Under the pieces are notes generated by a model, which saw nothing but the letters and a program-made list of their open reading frames with translations, did not search any database and was not told the origin of the DNA. From the NCBI GenBank assembly GCA_965243135.1, contig OZ251539.1, positions 2,304,001 to 2,368,000 of the forward strand: a stretch of 64,000 nt of DNA, read 5' to 3'. How positions within the stretch are numbered: position 1 is the stretch's first letter; each line of letters starts with the position of its first letter. A program made the translations under genes and the position numbers. Source of the stretch: Alphaproteobacteria bacterium. Its GTDB lineage: Bacteria > Pseudomonadota > Alphaproteobacteria > MPNO01 > UBA830. Of the stretch, positions 49,721 to 60,153 are shown piece by piece.

Positions 49721-50802
49721 CGCCGATCCAGGAAAGGATAATCCGTGTAGCCCTCCGCCCCGCCGCCGTAGAAGGTCGCGCGGTCGGCCTCGGCGAGCGC
49801 GGCGTCGGCGAGCAGCCTTTCCGGCAGGTCGGGATTGGCGATGAACGCCGAAGCGAAAGCCACCATGTCGGCGAGCCCGCCGGAGACCGCCGCGTCGGCC
49901 CTCCTCCTGTCGTATCCGCCGTTGACGATCAGGGTGTTGGGCCAGATCCGGCGGAGGCGGCCGAACAGGGGATGGCGCGGGAACGCCCCCTCCCCGTCCG
50001 GCGCGCCCGTCTCCACCACGTGCAGATACAGCAGATCCCGCGCGGCAAGCTCGCCGGCGAACCAGGAAAAGGTCGCCTCGGGGTCGCTGTCCGTCATGTC
50101 GTTGAAAGTCTGGAACGGAGAAATGCGGTAGCCGACCCGGTCCGGTCCCCAGACGCCGGCCACCGCGTCGGCGACCTCGAGAGGCAGGCGGCATCTGTTC
50201 TCGATCGAACCGCCGTAATCGTCGTCCCTCGTGTTGGTCCCGTCGCGCGTGAACTGATCGAGGAGATAACCGTTGGCGCCGTGGATTTCGACGCCGTCGA
50301 AACCCGCCTCTTCGGCGTTCCGCGCCGCCTCCCGGTATTGCGCGACAACGCCCGGCAATTCGTCGCCGTCCAGGGCGCGCGGCGTTTCGAACGGCTTCAT
50401 GCCGGCAAGGGTCATCGCTTCGCCGGCAGGGCGAACCGCCGACGGGGCAACCGGCCTTTCGCCGCCGGGCTGCAGATCCGGATGCGAGATTCGTCCCACG
50501 TGCCAGAGCTGGAGGAAGATCGTCCCGCCCGCCTCGTGCACCGCGTCGGTGACCTCGAGCCAGCCGTCGACCTGCTCGCCGGAATGAATGCCCGGCGTTC
50601 CCGGATAGCCCACGCCCTCGGGACAAATCTGCGTCGCCTCGGTGACGATCAGCGCGGCGTCGGACCTCTGCCGGTAATAGACGGCGTTGAGCGCGCTCGG
50701 GACGTTGCCCGGCCCCGCCCTGTTGCGCGTCATCGGCGCCATCGCAACCCGATGCGGAAAATCGAACGGTCCGGCGGTCAGAGGCGAAAAAAGATCGGGC
50801 AT
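49717..50802 (-). CDS. Old yellow enzyme alkene reductase (NemA-like)
   Basis: MAPMTRNRA, QLWHVGR, EIHGANGYLLDQF, YGGSIENR, TFYGGGAEGYTDYP. Confidence 0.93.
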   Translation of the reverse strand: MPDLFSPLTAGPFDFPHRVAMAPMTRNRAGPGNVPSALNAVYYRQRSDAALIVTEATQICPEGVGYPGTPGIHSGEQVDGWLEVTDAVHEAGGTIFLQLWHVGRISHPDLQPGGERPVAPSAVRPAGEAMTLAGMKPFETPRALDGDELPGVVAQYREAARNAEEAGFDGVEIHGANGYLLDQFTRDGTNTRDDDYGGSIENRCRLPLEVADAVAGVWGPDRVGYRISPFQTFNDMTDSDPEATFSWFAGELAARDLLYLHVVETGAPDGEGAFPRHPLFGRLRRIWPNTLIVNGGYDRRRADAAVSGGLADMVAFASAFIANPDLPERLLADAALAEADRATFYGGGAEGYTDYPFLDRR

Positions 50803-51681
50803 CTACCGCTTCGCCCGCGCCTGATCCTCGAGCACGGCGCAGACCGCAGCGGTATCCTTCTCCGCCAACCCCTGCTCCAGCGTCGCGCGATAGGGCTGCA
50901 CGGCGGCGGCGAACAGGTTGACCGGGCACCGGACGTCGGCCGCGAAGGACGAGATCACGTCGAGATCCTTCTGGTAGAGCCGGTTCGACATGCCGACGTC
51001 GTCGTAATCGGCCGCCGCCATCATCGCCCCGCGCACCTCGAACATGCGCGACGTGGCGGCGCTCGTCGAAATCACGTCGTAGATCAGCTGCGGATCGAGG
51101 CCCGACTTCATGCCCATGACCATCGCCTCGGCCGCGGCGACGTTGTGGACCGTGATCAGGTGATTGGCGACGAACTTCATGCGGCTGCCGTTCCCGAACG
51201 CGCCGCAATGCTTGTGCTCGCGCGCGAAGGCCTCGATCGCCGGAACGCATTTCGCGACCGCCTCCTCGTCGCCGCTGGTGAACACGGCGAGATCGCCGGT
51301 CCGCGCCTGTTGTCCGGTGCCCGAAAGCGGACAATCGAGCAGCGTATGGCCCGCGGCCGCGAGAACGTCGCGGGCGCTTTCCTTGTCGGCGATCCGGAAC
51401 GTGCCGGTCTCCATGATCGTGCGGTCCTCGGCCGCCGACCGCGAGATTTCCGCCGCCACCGCCGCGAGGGCGGCGGGCGACGGCAAGGACAGAACGACGA
51501 CGGAAGCGCCTTCCGCCACGGCCGCGGCCGACCCCATGGTCTGCGCGCCGAAATCCGCGGCGCGCGCCAACGCCTCCGCCGAAACGTCGTAGCCCAGCGT
51601 CCGGAAGCCGGCTTCCGCGAGGCGGCGCGCCATGGCGCCGCCCATGATTCCGAGTCCGACGACGCCGACCGTGTCGCTCAT
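50803..51681 (-). CDS. NAD(P)-dependent oxidoreductase, 3-hydroxyisobutyrate DH family
   Basis: GVVGLGIMG, DCPLSGT, MKFVANH, KDLDVI. Confidence 0.88.
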   Translation of the reverse strand: MSDTVGVVGLGIMGGAMARRLAEAGFRTLGYDVSAEALARAADFGAQTMGSAAAVAEGASVVVLSLPSPAALAAVAAEISRSAAEDRTIMETGTFRIADKESARDVLAAAGHTLLDCPLSGTGQQARTGDLAVFTSGDEEAVAKCVPAIEAFAREHKHCGAFGNGSRMKFVANHLITVHNVAAAEAMVMGMKSGLDPQLIYDVISTSAATSRMFEVRGAMMAAADYDDVGMSNRLYQKDLDVISSFAADVRCPVNLFAAAVQPYRATLEQGLAEKDTAAVCAVLEDQARAKR

Positions 51682-51698
51682 CCCGCGCTCCTTCTTGG

Positions 51699-52490
51699 TT
51701 ACCGGGAATGCCGGCCGAGAAACTCTCGTGCCGCCGCCGTGAAAGCGTCCGCTTTCTCGATGTTGGAGATGTGCGCGGCGTCGAGCTCGACGTATTCCGA
51801 GCCTCGGATGCGCTCGTGCATCAGCCTCATGCCGGCCGGCGGCGTGCCGGCGTCGTGGGCGCCCGCAACGAGAAGCACGGGGTGATCCAGCGTTTCGAGC
51901 CGGTCGAGATAGGCCAGCTCCTGGATGGCCCGCGCGCAGCCGCAATACCCCGCGGCCGAGGTGCCGAGAATCATTCGGCGCACGTCCTCCAGACGCGGCG
52001 CGCCGGTCGCCCGATACCCTTCCGTGAACCAGCGCTCCATGGTCGGCTGCAGCACCGCGTCCATGCCCTTGCCGGAAACCGCCGCGATGCGATCTTCCCA
52101 CGCCGCGACGAATTCTTGCCGGCACAACGCCATCGTGTTCGCCATGACGGTCGCGGCCACCCTGTCGGCGTGCTTCAACAACAATCCCTGCGCGGTCATT
52201 CCGCCGATGGACAGCCCGACGAAGAAGGAGCGTTCGATGCCCAGACGGTCCCATAACCCGACGACGTCCCCGATCAGGTCGTCGAAGGAATACGGTCCCT
52301 CCGCCGGCTGAGAACCGCCGTGGCCGCGCTTGTCGTAGCGCAGGATGCGGAACTCCCCCGCCAGCGCTTCCGCCTGCTCGTCCCACATGCCGAGATTCGT
52401 AGCCAGCGAATTGGAGAAGGTCAGCCACGGCATGCCTTCCGTGCCCGAAATTTCGTAGTTGATGCCTACGCCGCCGATGTCCGCCAGCAT
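51699..52490 (-). CDS. pcaD: 3-oxoadipate enol-lactonase-like alpha/beta hydrolase
   Basis: FSNSLAT..MWDEQ, RYDKRGHG, GLSIGG, RWFT, GYCGC, AAHISNIE. Confidence 0.85.
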   Translation of the reverse strand: MLADIGGVGINYEISGTEGMPWLTFSNSLATNLGMWDEQAEALAGEFRILRYDKRGHGGSQPAEGPYSFDDLIGDVVGLWDRLGIERSFFVGLSIGGMTAQGLLLKHADRVAATVMANTMALCRQEFVAAWEDRIAAVSGKGMDAVLQPTMERWFTEGYRATGAPRLEDVRRMILGTSAAGYCGCARAIQELAYLDRLETLDHPVLLVAGAHDAGTPPAGMRLMHERIRGSEYVELDAAHISNIEKADAFTAAAREFLGRHSR

Positions 52491-52523
52491 TGCGCCTCCA
52501 GATGTGGGTTTGGGTTTCCTGCG

Positions 52524-53468
52524 TCAGGGACACGCATGAACGATGAACCGCTCCGGCACGGCTTCGCCCCACTGGGAAAGAAAGCCTTCTTCGGCGGGAA
52601 CGAGGTTGGACGGACTGCGGTCGTTCAGGCGGTCGCTGTCCGTCCAGTGCTCGTGCACGCGACCCCAGGGATCGCACCAGTAATCGAACACCTGGCTGCC
52701 GAGAACGTGCCGTCCCGTGCCCCACATATGGTCGTACTTTTTCGTGGCGAGAAGATGCGCATGGCCCATGAACACGTCGTCGATGTCCTGAACCTCGAAC
52801 GCCATGTGGTTGATGCCGGTCTTGTCGCCCGCAATGCACAGGAACGTGTGATGATCGACGTACTCCGCGCCGGCGTCGATGCGGTTGAACGTGGCGACGA
52901 CCTTGTTCTTGTCGCCTTCGACGTAGACCTCGTCCGAGGAGACGAGGCCGAGGCGCTCGCGATACCAGTTGGTGCCGCGCCGCAAATCGGTGGTCATGAT
53001 CACCGCGTGACCGAGCCGCTTCACGTGCGACGGACCGGCGGCGATGCGCGTCAGTTCGCCGGCGCGCGCCAGCCGGTCCTGCACGGTGTTGACAGCGAAG
53101 CGCGGGACGTCGATTTCCGCCGCGGCCTCCCTGCCCCAGACGACCTCCACCTGGTAGCCGTGAGGATCGGCGAGCCTTACGCGCCGCCCGCCGCCCGGCT
53201 CGTCGATGTCCTCGACGCCCGAGGCGCCCTCGGCTCCGGCGATGGCCTCGAGATCCTCCTCCCGCGCCGCCCGGAAACCAAGGCCGATGAACCTCGGCTC
53301 GCCGAGATGCGTGACGTGAATGAACGGCTCGGAGCCCGTGCCCCGCATGTAAAGCCTGTCCGCCGTGCGCTCGGCGCGGATCATCCCGAAATCCGCGAGA
53401 AATTCCTCCGCCAGATCGAGATCCGGCGATTGAAGCCGCCCGAAGGCGATGTCCGCCACCTTGATCAT
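52524..53468 (-). CDS. VOC-family extradiol-type dioxygenase (DntD/trihydroxytoluene oxygenase-like)
   Basis: [71 protein letters not shown]. Confidence 0.8.
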   Translation of the reverse strand: MIKVADIAFGRLQSPDLDLAEEFLADFGMIRAERTADRLYMRGTGSEPFIHVTHLGEPRFIGLGFRAAREEDLEAIAGAEGASGVEDIDEPGGGRRVRLADPHGYQVEVVWGREAAAEIDVPRFAVNTVQDRLARAGELTRIAAGPSHVKRLGHAVIMTTDLRRGTNWYRERLGLVSSDEVYVEGDKNKVVATFNRIDAGAEYVDHHTFLCIAGDKTGINHMAFEVQDIDDVFMGHAHLLATKKYDHMWGTGRHVLGSQVFDYWCDPWGRVHEHWTDSDRLNDRSPSNLVPAEEGFLSQWGEAVPERFIVHACP

Positions 53469-55357
53469 GCTTCCCTCCCCTCTTTCGTTCGCGCAACCTG
53501 ATCGACGATAACGATATCGTCCCCTTCGCCGGAATAAAGACGCTCGACGAGTTCCGCGCGCCGGGCCAGGACGGAGCGCTGATTGATGTAGCCCTTGTCC
53601 GTAATCTCGCCCGCGTCGATCTGCGGCGGCTCGGCCATTACGAGAACGCGGCCGATCCGCGTCGAACTGCCCGAGTTCCGCGCGTTATGGTCCGCGAGGC
53701 CGCTGCGGATCGCCTCGTGCACGCGCGGGTCGCGGACCGCGTCCGGCAACGAGGCTTCGCCGCCGAGCAGCGCGCTGCAGCCGGTCGGACTGGGAAAAAC
53801 CAGCAAACCCACCTCGCTTCGCTCCTCGCCGGTCACCACGGCGTCCTGGATCGCCGGCGCGGCGGCGGCGATCGCTTTGAGGCGAAGCTGTCCCGCGTGC
53901 ACCCAGGTTCCGGTCGTCAGCTTGAAGTTCTCCGCGACGCGGCCGTCGAACACCACGCCTTCCGCCGGATCGTCCTCGTCCTCGAAACGGCCCGCGTCGC
54001 CGATGCGGAAGAATCCTTCGTCGTCGAACGCCGCCTCGCTGAGCGCCGGCTCCTTGTGGTAGCCAGGCGTGATGTTGGGACCGCGCATGCGGATTTCGAG
54101 CTTATCGCCGTTGGGGACGAGCTTGACCTCGTTGCCCGGCAGCGGCACGCCGATATTGCCGGTCGATTTCGGAAACCAGTTCATGTACGTCGTCGCCGGC
54201 GCGGTTTCCGTGGAGCCCAGCGAGGTGATGATCGGCACCCGCTCGCCGCGCGCCGCGACGGCGACCCGGTCGAGGCGTCGCCAGACGCTGGCCGGCAATG
54301 CGGCGCCCGCGAAAAACAGGGCCTTGAGGTTGCGGAACAGGCCGTCGCGCGCCGCGACGTCGGTTTCCAGCAGGGGCAAAAGAAGGTCGAAGCCGCGCGG
54401 CACGTTCAGGTACAGCATGGGCGAAATTTCCCGAAGGTTGGCCGCCGTGGCCTCGATGCGGCCCGGCGCCGGGCGGCCCTCGTCTATATAGAGCGTACCC
54501 CCGCTGTACAACGACATATTCATCGTGTGGTTGCCGCCGGCGGTATGATTCCACGGCAACCAGTCGAGAAAGATCGGCGGTTCGTCCAGCAAGAAACGGT
54601 AGACCTGCGCGACGGCCACCTGATTCGACACCATCATGAGGTGCGTATTGAGCACGCCCTTGGGAATTCCGGTGGAGCCGGAGGTGAGCAGGATCTTCCC
54701 GACGGTCGCGGGGCCGACCTTGGCGAGCGCATCCTCGACCGCGCCCGTGGGACGAGTGGACAACCAATCCCCGAGCGGTTCGGCGCCGGGCGCGGCGGCG
54801 TGCGCCCGGCCCGCGACGAGCCTCCGCCGGGAAAAGTCCAGAGCCGCGAGCGCGGCCGCGAAAGGTTCGGGATCCTGCACGAACACGACGCCCGGATCGT
54901 TGCGCGCGATGACCGATTTAAGCTTTTCGTGATCCCGGCTCATCAGCGAATAGGCCGGGGAGACCGGCATCGCCGGGATCCCCGCGGTCATCGCGCCCAG
55001 AGTGACGAAAGCCTGATCGACGGAGTTGTCGGACAGTATGGCGACCGGGCGGTCCGGTCCGCAGCCCCTGTCGATCAGCGCCTGGGCGATCGAATCGGCG
55101 GCCCGGCGCGTTTCCGCGTAGGTGGCTCGCCGCCAACCGCCCGAACCGTCGCGCTCGCAAAACAGGTCGCGGTCCGGGTGCGCGTCCGCATGATCGCGCA
55201 ACAAGGAAATCAGATGATCGGGCAGTTCGCCCAGCGGCTCGGGGCAGCGCAGCAACGAAACGCCGCCGTCCCTTCGTTCGACGGTCACGCCGAACCGCTT
55301 CATGTTGATCCGGGCGAGCAGCTTCGCGTCTGCGGACATCGTTTCCACAGCGCCCAT
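53465..55357 (-). CDS. fcs: Feruloyl-CoA synthase family acyl-CoA ligase
   Basis: [55 protein letters not shown]. Confidence 0.88.
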   Translation of the reverse strand: MGAVETMSADAKLLARINMKRFGVTVERRDGGVSLLRCPEPLGELPDHLISLLRDHADAHPDRDLFCERDGSGGWRRATYAETRRAADSIAQALIDRGCGPDRPVAILSDNSVDQAFVTLGAMTAGIPAMPVSPAYSLMSRDHEKLKSVIARNDPGVVFVQDPEPFAAALAALDFSRRRLVAGRAHAAAPGAEPLGDWLSTRPTGAVEDALAKVGPATVGKILLTSGSTGIPKGVLNTHLMMVSNQVAVAQVYRFLLDEPPIFLDWLPWNHTAGGNHTMNMSLYSGGTLYIDEGRPAPGRIEATAANLREISPMLYLNVPRGFDLLLPLLETDVAARDGLFRNLKALFFAGAALPASVWRRLDRVAVAARGERVPIITSLGSTETAPATTYMNWFPKSTGNIGVPLPGNEVKLVPNGDKLEIRMRGPNITPGYHKEPALSEAAFDDEGFFRIGDAGRFEDEDDPAEGVVFDGRVAENFKLTTGTWVHAGQLRLKAIAAAAPAIQDAVVTGEERSEVGLLVFPSPTGCSALLGGEASLPDAVRDPRVHEAIRSGLADHNARNSGSSTRIGRVLVMAEPPQIDAGEITDKGYINQRSVLARRAELVERLYSGEGDDIVIVDQVARTKEGREA

Positions 55358-55358
55358 C

Positions 55359-56117
55359 CTAACCCAGCCTGAGAGCTCCGTCGAGGCGGATCACCTCGCC
55401 ATTAAGCATCGTGTTTCCGAGTATGGACATGACGAGGGACGCGTATTCGTCCGGCGAGCCGAGCCGCGACGGAAACGGCGTCGCTTTCTCGAGCGCTTCC
55501 TGCGCCGGCTGCGGCAATCCGCGCAGCATCGGCGTTTCGAACACGCCGGGCGCGACAGCGACGACGCGGATCCCGAACCGGGCGAGCTCGCGGGCGGCGG
55601 GCAGCGTCAACGCCGCGATCGCGCCTTTCGACGAGGAATAGGCCGCCTGTCCCACTTGGCCGTCGTAGGCGGCCACCGAAGACGTGTTGACGATCACCCC
55701 CCGTTCGCCGTCCTCGCCCATCGGATCGAGCAGCGACATGCGGTGCGCGGCCAGCCGCAACATGTTGAAGGATCCGATCACGTTGATCTCGATGCAGCGG
55801 GCGTAATTTTCCAGTTTCTGCGGACCCTCGCGGCCGACGATCCGCTCGGCCGGACCGACGCCTGCGCAATTTACCAGCGTCCGCGGCGGACCGCAGGATT
55901 CGATGGCCGCGTCGATCGCCGCCTCCGCTCCCCCGGCGTTGGTCACGTCGCATTCGACGGCGACGCCGCGAACCTCCGCCGCCGTACGCTCCGCCGCTTC
56001 CTTGTCGATGTCCAGAACGGCGACCTTCGCGCCGGCCGCCGCGAGCGCCCGCGCCGTGGCGGCGCCGAGACCGGAGGCCCCGCCCGCGACGATCGCGGCC
56101 TGTCCGCTGACGTTCAT
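55359..56117 (-). CDS. SDR, 3-hydroxyacyl-CoA dehydrogenase type II-like
   Basis: GGASGLG, GERGVIVNTSSVAAYDGQVGQAAYSSSK, LNGEVIRLDGALR. Confidence 0.92.
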   Translation of the reverse strand: MNVSGQAAIVAGGASGLGAATARALAAAGAKVAVLDIDKEAAERTAAEVRGVAVECDVTNAGGAEAAIDAAIESCGPPRTLVNCAGVGPAERIVGREGPQKLENYARCIEINVIGSFNMLRLAAHRMSLLDPMGEDGERGVIVNTSSVAAYDGQVGQAAYSSSKGAIAALTLPAARELARFGIRVVAVAPGVFETPMLRGLPQPAQEALEKATPFPSRLGSPDEYASLVMSILGNTMLNGEVIRLDGALRLG

Positions 56118-56208
56118 TCCTCGCCTCCCGTTTCGCCGGAGTTTACACTCCGCAGCCGCCCTCTTATAGAGGGCGTGCCCGGCCTGTCCAGCATCGGGGA
56201 ATCGTTCC

Positions 56209-56985
56209 ATGGCGAGCGCCGATCTTCTTGCCTTCGAAATGCGCGACCGCATCGCGGTGCTGACGCTCGACCGGCCGGAAAAGCGCAACGCGGTGAACGA
56301 CGCGCTGGTTCGCGATCTGAACCGCTTCTTCTCGGCGCCGCCCGAAAACGCCCTTGCCGTCGTTCTCCGCGCCAGCGGCGATCATTTCTGCGCGGGCCTG
56401 GACCTCTCGGAACACCGCGAACGCGACGTCGAGGAGGCGTTCGAACATTCGCGCTACTGGCACCGAACCTTCGACCTCATGCAGTACGGCGGCCTGCCGC
56501 TGATCGCGGCGATGCACGGCGCGGTGATGGGGGGCGGGCTGGAACTGGCGGCGGCGGCGCATGTCCGGGTCGCCGAGCCGACCGTCGTCTACCAGCTTCC
56601 CGAAGGACGGCGCGGGATCTACGTCGGCGGCGGAGCCAGCGTCCGCGTCGCGCGAATCGTCGGTCCGGGACGCATGACGGAGATGATGCTGACGGGACGG
56701 CGGATCGACGCCGAGGAAGGCCAGCGAATGGGCCTGTCGCATTACCTGGTGCCGGACGGAGAAGCGTTCGACAGGGCGATGGAACTGGCGCGAACCGTCG
56801 CGGGCAACGCGCCGCTCGCGAACAAGATGATGCTGCACGCCATTCAGCGCATAGACCGCATGGGGGAAAGCGAGGGGTACTTCGTGGAATCCCTGGCGTC
56901 CGCCCTCACCCAGACCTCCGACGACGCGCGGGAAGGCATGCGGGCGTTTCTCGAAAAGCGGGACATCCGGTTCGACGGATCGTGA
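56209..56985 (+). CDS. Crotonase/enoyl-CoA hydratase family protein
   Basis: RPEKRNA, FCAGLDL, GGGLELA, LPEGRRGIYVGGG, AFLEKR. Confidence 0.92.
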   Translation: MASADLLAFEMRDRIAVLTLDRPEKRNAVNDALVRDLNRFFSAPPENALAVVLRASGDHFCAGLDLSEHRERDVEEAFEHSRYWHRTFDLMQYGGLPLIAAMHGAVMGGGLELAAAAHVRVAEPTVVYQLPEGRRGIYVGGGASVRVARIVGPGRMTEMMLTGRRIDAEEGQRMGLSHYLVPDGEAFDRAMELARTVAGNAPLANKMMLHAIQRIDRMGESEGYFVESLASALTQTSDDAREGMRAFLEKRDIRFDGS

Positions 56986-56986
56986 G

Positions 56987-57007
56987 ACCCGCCCGGCGGG
57001 GTTTTTC
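56987..57007 (+). terminator. Possible intrinsic terminator
   Basis: Short stem CCCGC-CCG-GCGGG followed by GTTTTTC immediately after the stop. Confidence 0.4.
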
Positions 57008-57374
57008 TCCTTGTAAGCGTTCGGTCGCGGGGCGACTTGCCCGTTCCGTCTTCAGTCCCGCAGGCCCACGCTGATTTTGCGTTGCATTTCCGGGTTTCCT
57101 CAGGCTCTCGCGAGCCGCCCATGGCCGAACCCTGGAGGTTCGACGGCGGAAGTCCGCCTCGCTCGACCGGACGACGCTTTCGTTCGACGGAACCGCAGCC
57201 TGGAGTTCGGGCGTTTCGCCGCTTGCGGCGCATGTGCGCGCCGCCCCTGCTGCCGCCTCAAGGACAGAGCCTGGCAATGAACGCCGCCGCCCCGTTCTCG
57301 CCTTGACGCGCAAACGTCTCTCCCTCTTAACGATCTCATCGGCGCAGCGGATACTGTCTCTGGAAAGGACGCTC

Positions 57375-57570
57375 ATGACCGTCTTCGCGAATCTCGCCGT
57401 CGCTTCCGTCAACGCGGCCGCGGCCGTCCTCGCGGCCGTCAGCGTATGGCTGCGATGGTCCGCGCCAGCGACGAACGCGGGCAACAACAGCGTGCGGCCA
57501 CGCAGCAGCAACGCGAAGCCGAAGAACGCCGCCACGAGGAGAACATGACGGCGCTCAAGGCGCTGCCAGA
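57375..57570 (+). pseudogene. Small single-TM plus coiled-coil protein, apparently frameshifted
   Basis: GGAAAGGA RBS, MTVFANLAVASVNAAAAVLAAVSVW, then in another frame MVRASDER..EAEERRHEENMTALKAL. Confidence 0.4.
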
Positions 57571-57952
57571 CCGCCGCGCCGGAAACCGTCGCCGAACGAA
57601 CCACGCCGGCGGACGGGGCGCGAACGAAGGGCGCCTGACGTCGTTCCCCGCCGGCGAGACCTCGAAGTCGAGCGACTGTCGCGGTCGCGCGGAGCCGCGC
57701 ACGTCGGTGCGATGGAGCCTTGCGCGGTGCGTAGCGCCCCCGCGTCCTCCCCTGCAACTGGCCGCCTGCGCGCGGCCCGGCTCGCCCCGGGTTTGCGGCG
57801 TGGCGGCGCAGCAATCCTATCTTCGCTTTTTGTTCTGGAGACAAAACGCCCGTGCGGCCCTTGCGGGTCCGTCGGTAGGCGGGCGGAGCGATCCGCGGGG
57901 TGCCGGCCGGGCGGCGGACCGACAAAAAATAGTACGGCGCAAACGGCTCTCC

Positions 57953-57980
57953 TTGCCAACGCGGCGCGGCGCGGTAAGAT
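57953..57980 (+). promoter_or_regulatory. Putative promoter of the liv-like operon
   Basis: TTGCCA-N16-TAAGAT. Confidence 0.4.
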
Positions 57981-58026
57981 CGGAAAGAATGGCGCTGCGC
58001 CGTTCGTCGAAAGGGGGGAAACGACG

Positions 58027-59235
58027 ATGAACAGCTTGGTGAAACTGACGGCGACCAGCGCGCTCGCCGCAACGATTTTCGCGCTGCCGGCGGAGGCGAA
58101 GCTGGGATCCTGCGAGGATCCCGTAACGCTGGGAACGACGATTTCGTCGACGGGACGCTACTCGACCCTGGCGGAGCGCTGGCGGGAGATGACTCTGATC
58201 TTCGCCGAGGAGTTCAACAAGGACGGCGGCGTGTTCGTCAAGGCGTGCGGGAAGAAGCTCCCCATCGAATTCGTGATTTACGACGACCAGAGCGTGCCGT
58301 CCCTGGCGGTCACGCTCTACGAGAAGCTCGCCACCGTCGACAAGGTGGATTTCTTCGTCGGACCGGACTGGTCGGCCATGGGCTTCCCGGTGCCGCCGGT
58401 CGCGGAGAAGCACAAAATACCCATGGTGATGGCCAACGTCGCCGCGCCGCCCATCTTCAAGCGCGGCCTCAAGTACATGTGGGGCACGCCCATGCCGACC
58501 GTGCCCAACTGGTCGGTGCGCTATTTCGATCTTCTCGCGGCGCAGAAGCCGGCGCCGAAGACGATCTACTTCGTCACCCAGGACAATCCGATCACGAAGG
58601 CGATTTCCGGTTTCTGGGTGAAGGAAGCGCAGAACCGCGGGCTCGAGCTCCTCGGCCACGAGCTGTTCTCCCAGGAACTCAAGGACTTCACGTCCCTGGT
58701 GCTCAAGCTGAGGATCGCGAAACCGGACATCGTCTACATCTCGTCCTTCGACGTTCCGTCCGTTCCGCTGATCCAGCAGATGCGGCGCCTGAGGATCAAG
58801 GCGAAGGACGTGCACCACACCATCCTGACGGGCGCGCTTCAGGCCCAGCTGGGAAAGGACATCGAAGGTATGACCGGCGAGATCCCGTGGTATCCGGGCG
58901 TCAAGGGACCCTACAGCGAATTCGCGGAACGCGTGCTCGACCGCGCCAAGATCGACATGTTCTACTACTGGTCGACGATGTCCCGCTTCGCCTCGTATCT
59001 GATCATGGTCCAGGCGATCGAGAAGGCCGGCGCCGTCGACCGCGAGGCGGTCAAGAAGGCGCTTTACAAGGGCACCTTCAAGACGCCGATCGGCGACGTC
59101 GTTTTCGACGAGACGGGCTACGCCTACAAGAACGGCGCGATGACGAGCCAGGTCCAGAACGGCAAGGTCGTCGTCGTGGCGCCGGCCAACCTGGCGACCG
59201 GCGAATTCCAGTACCCGGCCCCGTCCTGGCAGTAG
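58027..59235 (+). CDS. Branched-chain amino acid-type ABC substrate-binding protein
   Basis: Signal peptide, YDDQS..YEKL..DKVDFFVGP, QAIEKAG, TPIGDVVFDETG; strong RBS. Confidence 0.9.
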   Translation: MNSLVKLTATSALAATIFALPAEAKLGSCEDPVTLGTTISSTGRYSTLAERWREMTLIFAEEFNKDGGVFVKACGKKLPIEFVIYDDQSVPSLAVTLYEKLATVDKVDFFVGPDWSAMGFPVPPVAEKHKIPMVMANVAAPPIFKRGLKYMWGTPMPTVPNWSVRYFDLLAAQKPAPKTIYFVTQDNPITKAISGFWVKEAQNRGLELLGHELFSQELKDFTSLVLKLRIAKPDIVYISSFDVPSVPLIQQMRRLRIKAKDVHHTILTGALQAQLGKDIEGMTGEIPWYPGVKGPYSEFAERVLDRAKIDMFYYWSTMSRFASYLIMVQAIEKAGAVDREAVKKALYKGTFKTPIGDVVFDETGYAYKNGAMTSQVQNGKVVVVAPANLATGEFQYPAPSWQ

Positions 59236-59274
59236 GAAAGGCGCTCGCGAACTTCCTTCGCGCAGCGTAGCTCC

Positions 59275-60153
59275 GTGACCGTCGACATATTCCTGCAGAT
59301 CCTCGTCGGCGGGCTGCTGCTGGGCGGGTTGTACGCTCTGGTCGCATTCGGACTCTCGCTGATCTACGGCGTCGCCCAGATACTGAACTTCGCCCATGGA
59401 ACCCTGCTGGCGGTCGGAGGCGTGGCGGCGGCGGCCATCTTCGCCGCCACGTCCTGGCATCCCCTCGTCCTGATCGTCCTCCTCGTTCCGGCGTTCTTCG
59501 CGTTCGGCTTCTACTTCTACGGCGCGATGCTGCGGCCGCTCATGGGACGAAATTTCTTCGAGTACATGGTCGGGTCGGTGCTGGTCACCGTCGGGACGCT
59601 TTTGATCCTATCGGACATCGCGGCATGGCTGGCGGGACCGTCGCCGAAGAACATCCCGGTGGAATTCGAGGTCATCGAGCTCGGCGAAGTGCTGATCACG
59701 ACGACCCAGGCCTACATCCTGATCGGCATTGTCGCCCTGACCGCGGCCCTGCATCTGTTCATCAAGAGGTCGTGGTTCGGACGCGCCATGCGGGCCGTCA
59801 CGCAGGATCATGTCGGCGCCGCCATCTGCGGCGTGCGGTCCAGCCGGGTCCATGCCGGAACCTTCGCGTTCGGGTCGGCGATCGTCGCGATCGCCGCCGT
59901 GCTCTACACGATGCTGTTTCCGGTCGACCCGTACATCGGCCTGTCGCTGACCGTCAAGGCGTTCACGATCATCATCCTCGGCGGCATCGGCAACTTGGTG
60001 GGCGCGCTGATCGCCGGAATTTTCCTCGGCGTCGCCGAAAGCCTGACGTCGTTCTTCTGGGCCACGCAATGGGCGCCGGCCATCAGCATCATTCTTCTGC
60101 TCGTGATTCTCGTGCTGTTTCCGCAGGGCCTGCTCACGAGGAAGCGGTCGTGA
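59275..60153 (+). CDS. LivH-like ABC permease
   Basis: GGLYALVAFGLSLIYGV..LNFAHG, GRAMRAVTQD, ILGGIG. Confidence 0.92.
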   Translation: MTVDIFLQILVGGLLLGGLYALVAFGLSLIYGVAQILNFAHGTLLAVGGVAAAAIFAATSWHPLVLIVLLVPAFFAFGFYFYGAMLRPLMGRNFFEYMVGSVLVTVGTLLILSDIAAWLAGPSPKNIPVEFEVIELGEVLITTTQAYILIGIVALTAALHLFIKRSWFGRAMRAVTQDHVGAAICGVRSSRVHAGTFAFGSAIVAIAAVLYTMLFPVDPYIGLSLTVKAFTIIILGGIGNLVGALIAGIFLGVAESLTSFFWATQWAPAISIILLLVILVLFPQGLLTRKRS

